Shown here in pieces: positions 19,656 through 27,521 of a stretch of DNA of 64,000 nucleotides. Under the pieces are notes generated by a model. That model saw only the letters and a list, made by a program, of their open reading frames with translations, was not told the origin of the DNA and searched no databases. Origin of the DNA: Thermoplasmatota archaeon. GTDB lineage: Archaea; Thermoplasmatota; Thermoplasmata; Thermoplasmatales; Thermoplasmataceae. The position numbers and the translations under genes are program-made. The DNA lies in contig JAMCPG010000023.1 in the NCBI GenBank assembly GCA_023379845.1, positions 6,969 through 70,968 on the forward strand, written 5' to 3'. The number at the start of each line of letters is the position of its first letter. Positions within the stretch are counted from its first letter, which is position 1.

Positions 19656-20744
19656 CTATGGAACTATTTTTGGTCTTGATACGGTCGCTTCTGACATTTT
19701 TCCCCTGATATCTATCTGTACTACGTTGTCGCTCTTCATGTATTTCTTATCTATAAATCCAAGTCCTATTGCTTTTCCAAGTAAAGGAGAAATCGAGCCG
19801 CTGGTGATTGTTCCAATTTTTTTATTGTTATCATATATAGAATAACCATGCCTTGGAATTTGCTTTCCATCCAAGATAAATCCCCTAAAAATCTCCTTAT
19901 CATTGCTCTTTCTCTGCTTCAGTGCATCTGATCCCATAAAACCATCAAGCTTCTCGACGATAAAACTGACAGAACATTCATACGGATCTCTGTCCTTATT
20001 AAAATCTACACCAGAAAGAAGCATTCCTTTCTCCATTCTTAGAGAGTCCCTGGCACCGAGACCACATGGCATGCCACCATGTTGTTTTATTGAATTTATA
20101 GCATCATTCCACCATTTATTTGAACTTTCAGCATCAACAATCAACTCAAAACCAGGCTCTCCAGTATACCCTGTTCCGGAGACAATTAAATCATTCTTTC
20201 CGTTGACACCGTTTTTTCCTCCATATTTATCTTGCTGGAAGGAAAACGTAAATGGTTCAGGAAATACTATTCCAATATCATTAGCTACTTGCCTAGATTC
20301 AGGTCCCTGGATGGCAAAGCATCCCAACTCTCTTGATAAGTTTGTAATCTTAACGTTAAATGCTTTACTGTTGGTTTGGAGCCAGTTGAGGACAGTTTCA
20401 GTTGTAGCAGCATTTGGAACAAAAAATATTGTATCATTGCTGACCCGGTAAACAATTGTATCATCTATAAGCAAGCCTGCTTCATCGAGAAACGCGGTGT
20501 ACATGCATTTTCCTGGTTGAATTGCATCTATTTTACTGGGTAAAAGCGAATTCATTAGCTTGACAGCGTCAGGGCCCTTGACAACAATATCACCCATGTG
20601 CGAAACGTCAAACATTCCAACTCTTTTCCTGACTGCCATGTGCTCAGCTAGTATTCCTTCATAGTAGAGGGGGAGATCCCACCCATGAAAATCCACTATG
20701 TTACCACCATTCTCCTTATGCCATTCATAAATAGGTGTTCTCAT
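19656..20744 (-). CDS. gcvT: aminomethyltransferase (glycine cleavage system T protein)
   Basis: 362 aa. N-terminal TPIYEWH...AVRKRVGMFDVSHMG motif, typical length, and the C-terminal barrel region of GcvT. Confidence 0.93.
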   Translation of the reverse strand: MRTPIYEWHKENGGNIVDFHGWDLPLYYEGILAEHMAVRKRVGMFDVSHMGDIVVKGPDAVKLMNSLLPSKIDAIQPGKCMYTAFLDEAGLLIDDTIVYRVSNDTIFFVPNAATTETVLNWLQTNSKAFNVKITNLSRELGCFAIQGPESRQVANDIGIVFPEPFTFSFQQDKYGGKNGVNGKNDLIVSGTGYTGEPGFELIVDAESSNKWWNDAINSIKQHGGMPCGLGARDSLRMEKGMLLSGVDFNKDRDPYECSVSFIVEKLDGFMGSDALKQRKSNDKEIFRGFILDGKQIPRHGYSIYDNNKKIGTITSGSISPLLGKAIGLGFIDKKYMKSDNVVQIDIRGKMSEATVSRPKIVP

Positions 20745-21373
20745 GCTATATCACTCACATACCATTCTCGTTTTCCACTAGAAGTATACCCCTCTCTCCC
20801 TACCATGCTAAGGAAATAGTCATGGATCCTTGTATCTCCTGAAAGCTCGGGGTGAAAAGTCATGCCTAAAATATACTGGTTTCTGACCATTATGGGCTGG
20901 TTATCATATGTTGCCATTACCTCTGCATCCCCTACACTCTCAATAATTGGGGCCCTAATGAATATGGCAATTATATTTCCAATTGAGTTGACCTTTATGT
21001 TTTCATAAAATGAGTTTGCCTGCCTGCCATACGCATTTCGTCTTATAGTTATATCTATAAGGTCCATGCCTCGTACCCTCTCATCCTTGGCATTCTTGGA
21101 TACCAGAATCAGGCCAGCGCATGTACCCATTACAGGCATCCCGTTTTTTGCCCTTCTTATGATGTCCCAATAAATGTCGTATTCCTTTATTAGTTTATAA
21201 ATAGTGGTGCTCTCCCCGCCAGGCAATATCAAAGCTGAAACCTCAGAAAGCATTCTTCTGCTTTTGACGAGAACGGGCTCTATATCTCTCTTCCTTTCTT
21301 CCTTAAGCTTGTACAGAATTTCAACGTGTTCAGCGACATCACCCTGAAATCCTATAACACCAACTTTCACCAA
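20741..21373 (-). CDS. pdxT: pyridoxal 5'-phosphate synthase, glutaminase subunit
   Basis: Class I amidotransferase. Nucleophile GTCAGLIL and the FHPEL His/Glu region. N-terminal VGVIGFQGD. The stop overlaps the gcvT start by 4 nt. Confidence 0.9.
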   Translation of the reverse strand: MVKVGVIGFQGDVAEHVEILYKLKEERKRDIEPVLVKSRRMLSEVSALILPGGESTTIYKLIKEYDIYWDIIRRAKNGMPVMGTCAGLILVSKNAKDERVRGMDLIDITIRRNAYGRQANSFYENIKVNSIGNIIAIFIRAPIIESVGDAEVMATYDNQPIMVRNQYILGMTFHPELSGDTRIHDYFLSMVGREGYTSSGKREWYVSDIA

Positions 21374-21454
21374 TCAGCATTGTGAATAGAGATAAATCTT
21401 TTTTAGCTAATTATAAGTGAACGTAAACTCACTTTGTCATAGTAAAAGAAATAC

Positions 21455-21464
21455 TTCTTATATT
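21455..21464 (+). promoter_or_regulatory. TATA-like box for ggt
   Basis: TTCTTATATT, centred about 26 nt upstream of the ATG at 21485. Confidence 0.4.
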
Positions 21465-21484
21465 CCTCATTGCTAATCGTTAGC

Positions 21485-23062
21485 ATGAGAACCAGACCAA
21501 ATGCCTTTTCCGCCACAGGCGTCGTTTCTTCTTCAAGCCAGTTCGCCTCAATTGCCGGCGCAAAAATAAAGGCACAGGGTGGAAACGTTGCCGACGCGGC
21601 AATAGCAACGAGCGCCGCTCTTTGTGTAACTCAAAATAACCTGTGCGGGCTTGGCGGAGACATGTTCGCCCTCATACGCATGGATGGCAAGGAGGTTATC
21701 GACCTCAATGCAAGCGGCAGGGCTTTTGAGCGCGCCACTATCGATTATTTCAAGGAACAGGGAATATCGAAGCTTCCTGCTAGAGGCCCTGGAGGGGCTA
21801 TTACAGTACCAGGCATTGTCAGTGGATGGGCACACATTCACAGTAAATACTGCACAATGGAGGTCGAGGATCTCCTGAAGCCGGCGATAACTCTGGCTGA
21901 AGAGGGCTTCCCAGCTACACAAAACTATTCAGAATCGATTCGGGTAAGCGAGAAGGTTTTCACTGGAATGACCGAGTGGAATAACACATTCCTGCGGGGT
22001 GGAAAACCCCCTCTTCCTGGAAGCGTTTTTAAACAGAAAGATCTGGCCAGATCCCTGAAGTCGCTTGCGGAGGACGGTCTTTCGTCTTTTTACGACGGTA
22101 ACCTTGCGGACAGGATAGTAAAAGGTCTTAAAGGAACCGGATGTCTTCTTCAATCCTCAGACCTCAAGAGGCATTCTGTTACTTATGACAGGGCAAGGAA
22201 CACAGACATTAACGGCAATAAGGTATATGAAACCGGTCCCAACAGCCAGGGGTACACTGCCCTTCTCTGGCTGAATCTTCTCGAGGCAAGCGCAAAGGAT
22301 CCCGCTGCAATACAGGAAGAAAGCCTGTCGTCCGTCATCGAAAAGGGCATGATTGCATATTCACAGAGGGATAAGTACATTACGGATCCAGAGTTTCACC
22401 CTCTTCCTGAAAGTTTCACTTCTAAGGAGTTTGCACGCAAGCTTCTTGAACAGGGTTCTAAGAGTAGAACAGCAAAGGGACGTGCAAAAGACGACGGCGA
22501 TACGACCTATATGTGCATCTCAGACTCAGAAGCCAACAGCTTTTCATGGATACAGAGCAACTACATGGGCTTCGGGTCAGGCGTAATGCCTGCTGGAACG
22601 GGCTTCGTGCTACAGAACCGAGGCTCATATTTCTCCCTTGACCCTGATAGCCATAATTCACTGGCTCCATTCAAGAGAACATTTCACACGTTATGTGCGG
22701 GAATGCTTGAGAATGAAGGACATTTTAAAGTCTCATTTGGAGCAATGGGCGGCGACATTCAGCCACAGCTCCACATCCAGATGATTTTACCGCTTCTTAC
22801 TGGTACGTCGGATCCTCAGGAAATCCTGGACAGACCAAGATGGGCCTTCCCGTACACCATCTATGAAAAACCTTCTGAAATAATATGTGAATCAGAGCAG
22901 CTCAGAGATTCAATTTCTTCTTTCTATAATAAAGAAAAGGTCAGGAACATTGGATTCTCTTCACTATTTGGCCACGGACAGATTGTCGCGCTTCTCCCGG
23001 AAGGTACGGTTGTAGGTGGGGCCGATCCACGAGGAGATGGTATTTCGATGCCTTTCCTATAA
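21485..23062 (+). CDS. ggt: gamma-glutamyltranspeptidase-family Ntn hydrolase, no signal peptide
   Basis: Autoprocessing/catalytic Thr context DDGDTTYMCISD. Oxyanion motif GAMGGDIQPQ. The N-terminus is not hydrophobic. First ATG preferred over the TTG at 21470. Confidence 0.9.
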   Translation: MRTRPNAFSATGVVSSSSQFASIAGAKIKAQGGNVADAAIATSAALCVTQNNLCGLGGDMFALIRMDGKEVIDLNASGRAFERATIDYFKEQGISKLPARGPGGAITVPGIVSGWAHIHSKYCTMEVEDLLKPAITLAEEGFPATQNYSESIRVSEKVFTGMTEWNNTFLRGGKPPLPGSVFKQKDLARSLKSLAEDGLSSFYDGNLADRIVKGLKGTGCLLQSSDLKRHSVTYDRARNTDINGNKVYETGPNSQGYTALLWLNLLEASAKDPAAIQEESLSSVIEKGMIAYSQRDKYITDPEFHPLPESFTSKEFARKLLEQGSKSRTAKGRAKDDGDTTYMCISDSEANSFSWIQSNYMGFGSGVMPAGTGFVLQNRGSYFSLDPDSHNSLAPFKRTFHTLCAGMLENEGHFKVSFGAMGGDIQPQLHIQMILPLLTGTSDPQEILDRPRWAFPYTIYEKPSEIICESEQLRDSISSFYNKEKVRNIGFSSLFGHGQIVALLPEGTVVGGADPRGDGISMPFL

Positions 23063-23170
23063 TTAGACCCGTAGATGCATCAAACAATCTACAAATTGTA
23101 TTAGGCTCACTGCCACACACTAAATTAATCATTCAATCAATGATGCCTTGACCACGCGGCAAACAACAAC

Positions 23171-23180
23171 AGTTTTATCT
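23171..23180 (+). promoter_or_regulatory. TATA-like box for the TPR gene
   Basis: AGTTTTATCT, centred about 29 nt upstream of the ATG at 23205. Confidence 0.4.
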
Positions 23181-23204
23181 CAGAATTCATGATCGCAACA
23201 AATC

Positions 23205-24071
23205 ATGGAATCTCCATATTTCTATAACAGGAAGGGTCATACCGCTGTGGCCGAAGGAAACCTGGAAAAGGCGCTCGATTTCTTTAAGCAGGCCTCCAGG
23301 CTGGATCCTGATAATATCAGCTACTTAGACTCAATAATTTGGACACTTGATAAACTTGGTAAAGATGATCAGGCGCTTCAATATTATGGAAAGCTGATAT
23401 CACTTCAGCCACGAAATACCGATTTCAGGCTAAGGAAGATAGACTGCCTGAAAAAAATAGGCATGCTCAATGCCGCCCTGGATGCATACAATGAGGCGAT
23501 AGACGTCGATCCTTACGATCCCGAACTCTACTGGAAAAAAGCAGACTTCCTTCGGGACCACGAGAATATTGAGGGCGCTCTTTCATCATGCAGTGAAGCG
23601 GTGAGGCTGAACCCGGAGAACCCCATTTATAGACAGGGAAGAGCCGAAATCCTGGCAGACATTGAGAGATTCGAGACTGCACTGTCTGATTATGACTATT
23701 TGGTCGAACACAATCCAACAAGCCCTGAAATACGCTATGAACGTGTAAAAATTCTGGAAAAACTTGGTCTCTTAGACAGGTCGTTACAGGACATGGAAAC
23801 CATTTCCAGGCTTCGGCCGAACGACCAGACTTGGTTGCAGATTGTAGCAGAATTCCTAGAAGAATCTGGACTTCCCAAGAAGGCCCTAGGCTATTATTCC
23901 AGGCTCGTTGAATTGAACCCGACAAAGGCTGAATTTCACTTTTTCCGGGCTAATCTTCTGGAGGGTCTTGGAAGAAACAGGGAAGCCATGGCGGATTTCC
24001 AGAAGGCGACCGAACTCGATCCAAGCAACAGACTTTACAGGAATGACAGCAGATTGTCACCCACGGAATAG
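23205..24071 (+). CDS. TPR-repeat protein
   Basis: 288 aa made of repeated 34-aa units (A-x3-[FY]-x2-A-[IL]-x-[LI]-[DN]-P-x-[ND]) recurring about 7-8 times. Confidence 0.85.
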   Translation: MESPYFYNRKGHTAVAEGNLEKALDFFKQASRLDPDNISYLDSIIWTLDKLGKDDQALQYYGKLISLQPRNTDFRLRKIDCLKKIGMLNAALDAYNEAIDVDPYDPELYWKKADFLRDHENIEGALSSCSEAVRLNPENPIYRQGRAEILADIERFETALSDYDYLVEHNPTSPEIRYERVKILEKLGLLDRSLQDMETISRLRPNDQTWLQIVAEFLEESGLPKKALGYYSRLVELNPTKAEFHFFRANLLEGLGRNREAMADFQKATELDPSNRLYRNDSRLSPTE

Positions 24072-24072
24072 G

Positions 24073-24084
24073 ATTATATAAAAC
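24073..24084 (+). promoter_or_regulatory. TATA-like box upstream of rpl41e
   Basis: ATTATATAAAAC, about 75 nt upstream of the TTG at 24154. This implies a short leader that carries the GAGGTG Shine-Dalgarno-like element. Confidence 0.35.
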
Positions 24085-24153
24085 GATCAAATCACGAAGG
24101 GCAGATTCGGGTAGATGAAAATACCGCTTATTGCATTAAATTGAGGTGCTTCA

Positions 24154-24261
24154 TTGAAGAGAGGCTCAAGAGATTGGAAGAAAAAAGGAAAAATGCGCTG
24201 GAAATGGCGCAAAAAACGAATCAGGAGACTGAAGAGAGCAAGAAAGGCGAACAGAGCCTGA
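24154..24261 (+). CDS. rpl41e: 50S ribosomal protein L41e
   Basis: 35-codon ORF, below the ORF-track cutoff: (M)[34 protein letters not shown]. It contains the L41e core WKKKG.MRWKW.KKR.RRLKR. An in-frame stop lies at 24142-24144. The TTG start is preceded by GAGGTG (24143-24148) at 5-nt spacing. Confidence 0.75.
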   Translation: MKRGSRDWKKKGKMRWKWRKKRIRRLKRARKANRA

Positions 24262-24342
24262 ACGTAAGAGCTGGATATCCAAATTGAGAAGTCGACCCAT
24301 TCTGCTCAAATACGTTCTGCACTCAATTTTTCCCAAAGTAGT

Positions 24343-24352
24343 TTTTTATAAG
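24343..24352 (+). promoter_or_regulatory. TATA-like box upstream of tRNA-Trp
   Basis: TTTTTTATAA. This is the only TATA-like element between rpl41e and the tRNA. It lies about 90 nt upstream of the tRNA 5' end, so a leader of roughly 60 nt is implied. Confidence 0.35.
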
Positions 24353-24438
24353 TCAGATTGATAACCACCTGCCAGTTGAGTGAAGAGGGTACCAGCGTTA
24401 GCCTACCAGGGTGAAGCTACCCGCTTTAACCCGACCGT

Positions 24439-24578
24439 GGGAGCATGGGGTAGTCAGGTATCCTAACGGGCTCCAGTCAGGAAATGATTAGCTATGGGTC
24501 AACTGATCTCATGATGAGTGACTGGAACTATGATCCGGAAGAAACCCGTAGATCTGGGTTCAAATCCCAGTGCTCCCA
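24439..24578 (+). tRNA. tRNA-Trp (anticodon CCA) with a 67-nt intron after position 37
   Basis: Folded by hand. Acceptor GGGAGCA/TGCTCCC (7 bp), with discriminator A73 and G1:C72 (archaeal Trp identity). D arm with A14, G18G19 and A21. Anticodon stem ACGGG/CCCGT. Anticodon loop C-T-CCA-G, then the intron. T arm CTGGG-TTCAAAT-CCCAG. No encoded CCA. Confidence 0.9.
24477..24543 (+). ncRNA. box C/D guide RNA embedded in the tRNA-Trp intron
   Basis: AUGAUUA (24484-90), 12-nt spacer, CUGA (24503-06), UCUC, AUGAUGA (24511-17), 12-nt spacer, AUGA (24530-33). Both spacers pair 8 bp with the anticodon arm. This places C39 and C34 opposite the 5th nucleotide upstream of the D'/D boxes. Confidence 0.75.
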
Positions 24579-24942
24579 TTCACTTTCACTCTTTCTATTA
24601 TCCATTTGAAATTCGTTATTGTGGATTGGCAGGCCGCCCGTTCCAGAGTCAAACAAGCGATAATAGAATTAGATAATGTTTTAAGAGGAAAGATTAATAT
24701 TGCATTGAATTAATATAGTCTAGCAGGCATAAAATCCTGTCACGAATCCTAAACATCTACTGGTGCATATAAACATTCATGAACGGATAAGTGGGTGTTG
24801 AATAATAATGTGTAAATCACGTTATCTTAACTCTGGGCAAATAATCTATGAAGCACTATAAAGGTCCACGATTCCCGGAGTATCAATTTGATAAATTTCA
24901 AGATTCGAAAAAGAAAATAATGACATGTGAGGGTAATTTAGA

Positions 24943-25173
24943 ATGAAAAGAATAATAGAAATAGACAAGAAGTTAGATCTCATGGTCACAATCTCTGTCA
25001 AACCACAGTCTCAATGGTTCAAAATCACAGAAGGTTTAGAGTGGAGGTACCCCGGAAGGTTGTTTGATGAGGATGGAAAAAGGATATTCCAGATATATCT
25101 CCAGAAGAACCTGATTTCGCAGAAGGATCTCTCCATTCTGACCTTTATGCCTAAATGCGTGGCAAAAAAATAA
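24943..25173 (+). CDS. N-terminal fragment (76 aa) of a frameshifted member of the family also encoded at 32263-33198
   Basis: IEIDKKLDLMVTISVKPQ aligns with EVEGKLDMGLSIAVDQK of the 311-aa paralog. GAGGGT lies 9 nt upstream of the ATG. Confidence 0.6.
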   Translation: MKRIIEIDKKLDLMVTISVKPQSQWFKITEGLEWRYPGRLFDEDGKRIFQIYLQKNLISQKDLSILTFMPKCVAKK

Positions 25174-25231
25174 TTATTACACCGCGGCGTTCGATATAAA
25201 GGACACAAAATCTGTCGACCTAATCTTAAGC

Positions 25232-25870
25232 ATGCTTCAAATCCCTTCCGTCATACTGTCTGAAAACTACGTTTACAAAGGGGACGTCTACTATACATTT
25301 AGATTTCATAACTCTGTTATGAAACAAGTCAGCGATACACTGCAGCTTCTGTTTGAATATGGCAGATGCAGATTGGTTTACCTAGGAAAATCCGCGGGGA
25401 TTGTTGCGTTGTTAAACGATGCATCCAGAAATGTTCAGCTTTCAGTGGTGAGATTTAAAATGCCATTACCCATTATTGAATCTCTTCCTGCAGATATTTC
25501 AAAGCTTGAGTTTTTGGCTGAGCTAGAAACCAGGCAGATGAAAGCACATGGGGCAAAAGTGATTCTCTATGGGAGCACACACCTCCCTTGGGCCAAGACC
25601 GTGTCGGAAAAAGATGAAATTCATGAACTCTCAATCAACGAGCCAGTAACTTATCGGTTAACAGAAATGGCTTACAAGGCAAAGTTGCCTTTAATCGGTT
25701 CATTTGGCACTGGAGATGGAGAAACAATTGAAATTACATTGTTTTTGCCGGCTTACGGCCTGGACGAATTCCTTGCGAACTTCTACAAACTCTCAACCAG
25801 CAGGGAGCAGCCCAAGATCTACTTAACGACGTCAGCACCGTTGACTCCTGACATGTGGGAATGGATTTAA
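25232..25870 (+). CDS. C-terminal fragment (212 aa) of the same frameshifted gene
   Basis: Collinear with residues about 100-311 of ORF 32263-33198. Examples: YYTFRFHNSVMKQVSD vs KADFRFHHSELRKVSD; VQLSVVRF vs VKLSVVSY; ITLFLPAYGLDEFLANFY vs IHTFLPSSLVNQYIEILF. Similarity continues upstream of the ATG in the same frame. Confidence 0.7.
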   Translation: MLQIPSVILSENYVYKGDVYYTFRFHNSVMKQVSDTLQLLFEYGRCRLVYLGKSAGIVALLNDASRNVQLSVVRFKMPLPIIESLPADISKLEFLAELETRQMKAHGAKVILYGSTHLPWAKTVSEKDEIHELSINEPVTYRLTEMAYKAKLPLIGSFGTGDGETIEITLFLPAYGLDEFLANFYKLSTSREQPKIYLTTSAPLTPDMWEWI

Positions 25871-26016
25871 TTTGAATGATGAGCCAAGAAAATTTCAGGT
25901 CGTCTAATATGGAACTGGTGAAGAAAAGAGATTCACAGTCCTTTTGTTTTGATTTTTAAAATGGAAGCTAGAGTAATTTATCAAGATTCTAATATCGCTT
26001 TAATTTCCCATTTCAG

Positions 26017-26484
26017 TTAAGAACTCGAATGCTCCAGTTTTCCTCCTTTTTCCAGTCTCCACTTACAGTAGGCGTAAAGGGCATCGTAAAGAGGAAATTG
26101 CAGCTTCATGTTCTCATGATCATCTTTTGCTATCTGTCTGAAACCTAGAGCAGCGGCCTCAAGTCCTGCACCTTCAGGTTTTGCGTCTACAGGGTTGGCA
26201 TCAGCCGACCTTACTATTTTGGCGAGCTCCAGCAATGCAGGATCCCTAAGCTTGTATTTTCTAATTATTGCATCGAAACTCACATACTCGTAGTTGTTTT
26301 CAACATAATGCATCAGTTCACAACCAGGTGTGTCGAACGGAATTGCATTTTCATTTTTAGCGAAGTTGAGAACTTCACCAGCAGGTACAAAAAAGAACTC
26401 GGCATCCTTGTCAACAAACCTGCGCACTAGCCATGGACATGCAATCCTGTCCACCTTCGCCTTTTCTCTAGTTACCCATTTCAT
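26017..26484 (-). CDS. ChrB-type chromate-resistance domain protein
   Basis: 155 aa. KVDRIACPWLVRRFVDKDAEFFFVP resembles the conserved start of the Chrome_Resist (ChrB C-terminal) domain, from memory. Confidence 0.6.
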   Translation of the reverse strand: MKWVTREKAKVDRIACPWLVRRFVDKDAEFFFVPAGEVLNFAKNENAIPFDTPGCELMHYVENNYEYVSFDAIIRKYKLRDPALLELAKIVRSADANPVDAKPEGAGLEAAALGFRQIAKDDHENMKLQFPLYDALYAYCKWRLEKGGKLEHSSS

Positions 26485-26611
26485 AAATTCTCACCACACT
26501 TTAGAAAGCACAACCATCTTAAAGTATCTATTGAGCATAGCAGCTTGCTTCTTCGGTTGTTCCATATAAACCAACAATGTAGATCGGCCATTCAAATCAA
26601 CAGGAATTTTG

Positions 26612-27418
26612 TCAGTAGCGATTGTCTTTCAATTCATTGTAATCTAAATCGCTCAGCTTGAAATCAAGCGATCCAAGAAGCTCATCAATATGGCTTTTAC
26701 TCGAAGATTTTGGAATCGGGTAGCTTCTTCTCATTACATAATTAAGGGCAGTCTGGATAGCAGTTGCATTATACTTTTGAGCAATCTTTCGGAGCACGTC
26801 GTATGAGGTTAAGTGCCCCTTCATGATCGGCGTATATGCAATCACGTCAACCTTGTTCTTTTCACAGAATGGGATCACATCAACTTCGGGCTCTCTTTTG
26901 CCATAATTGTATTCGATCTGGTTTGCTCTGATCTCGCATTTCTTTGTTGCATCCATTGCGTCCTGCAATTCTTTGACATTAAAGTTGCTAACTCCTATAT
27001 TCCGTACAAAACCATCCTTTACTAACTTCTCCATGGCCGAAATCGACTCACTTATCGGTACAGAGGGGTTGGGCCAATGAATCAGGTAAAGATCAACATA
27101 AGAAGTGCCAAGTCTTTTAAGGCTTTGGTAAGCTGCCTTCAGCAAGTCCTGGGATCTAAGATGTGTATTCCAGACCTTGGTTATTATAAAGAGGTTCTCA
27201 CGATCGTATTCTTTGATAGCCTTGCTAACTATCTCTTCAGTATGCCCTGAAGCGTACATTTCAGCGGTATCAATGACGTTTGTTCCTTTATCCAGCGCAT
27301 ACTTGATCGCTTCCACCTGGACCAAATCATTTCCGGGTTCAGGAGAAGATCTACCACCCATTCCCCAGGTACCAATGCCAAAATCTGAAACTGAACTTCC
27401 ACACAGAGTCCGGACCAT
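26612..27418 (-). CDS. aldo/keto reductase
   Basis: 268 aa. AKR motifs GTWGMGG, DTAEMYASGHTEE, LYLIHWP and IGVSNF. Confidence 0.9.
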   Translation of the reverse strand: MVRTLCGSSVSDFGIGTWGMGGRSSPEPGNDLVQVEAIKYALDKGTNVIDTAEMYASGHTEEIVSKAIKEYDRENLFIITKVWNTHLRSQDLLKAAYQSLKRLGTSYVDLYLIHWPNPSVPISESISAMEKLVKDGFVRNIGVSNFNVKELQDAMDATKKCEIRANQIEYNYGKREPEVDVIPFCEKNKVDVIAYTPIMKGHLTSYDVLRKIAQKYNATAIQTALNYVMRRSYPIPKSSSKSHIDELLGSLDFKLSDLDYNELKDNRY

Positions 27419-27521
27419 GTCCTCTTCAGGACTTTCCAGTTATAAAACTTCTTCCAATATGATGAGCGCTATTGGATAACATGTGCTGATCGGAAGTATC
27501 CAATAAGTTTTCATTAAGTCA

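Larger units (their letters stand above)
24943..25870 (+). pseudogene. single ~308-codon gene interrupted by one extra A in an A7 run (25164-25170); pseudogene, recoding site or sequencing error
   Basis: Removing one A from the run joins ...LTFMPKCVAK to NNYYTAAFDIKDTKSVDLILSMLQIPS.... The joined product is collinear with the 311-aa paralog with almost no gaps. The FRFH motif falls at residue 119 vs 121. Confidence 0.55.

Noticed and set aside
24848-24946. 32-codon ORF (MKHYKGPRFPEYQFDKFQDSKKKIMTCEGNLE) ending in ATGA overlap with the 76-aa ORF
   Set aside because: It has no counterpart in the intact 311-aa paralog and lies in AT-rich sequence. The overlap could be coincidental. Kept only as a note.
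25874-25960. ATGATGA (box C-like) at 25876-25882, checked as a possible free-standing C/D sRNA
   Set aside because: No CUGA D or D' box at appropriate spacing and no terminal stem.
24579-26000. Possible integrated element at the tRNA-Trp 3' end
   Set aside because: No integrase or transposase, and by eye I found no direct repeat of the tRNA 3' half downstream. The downstream gene has a chromosomal paralog.
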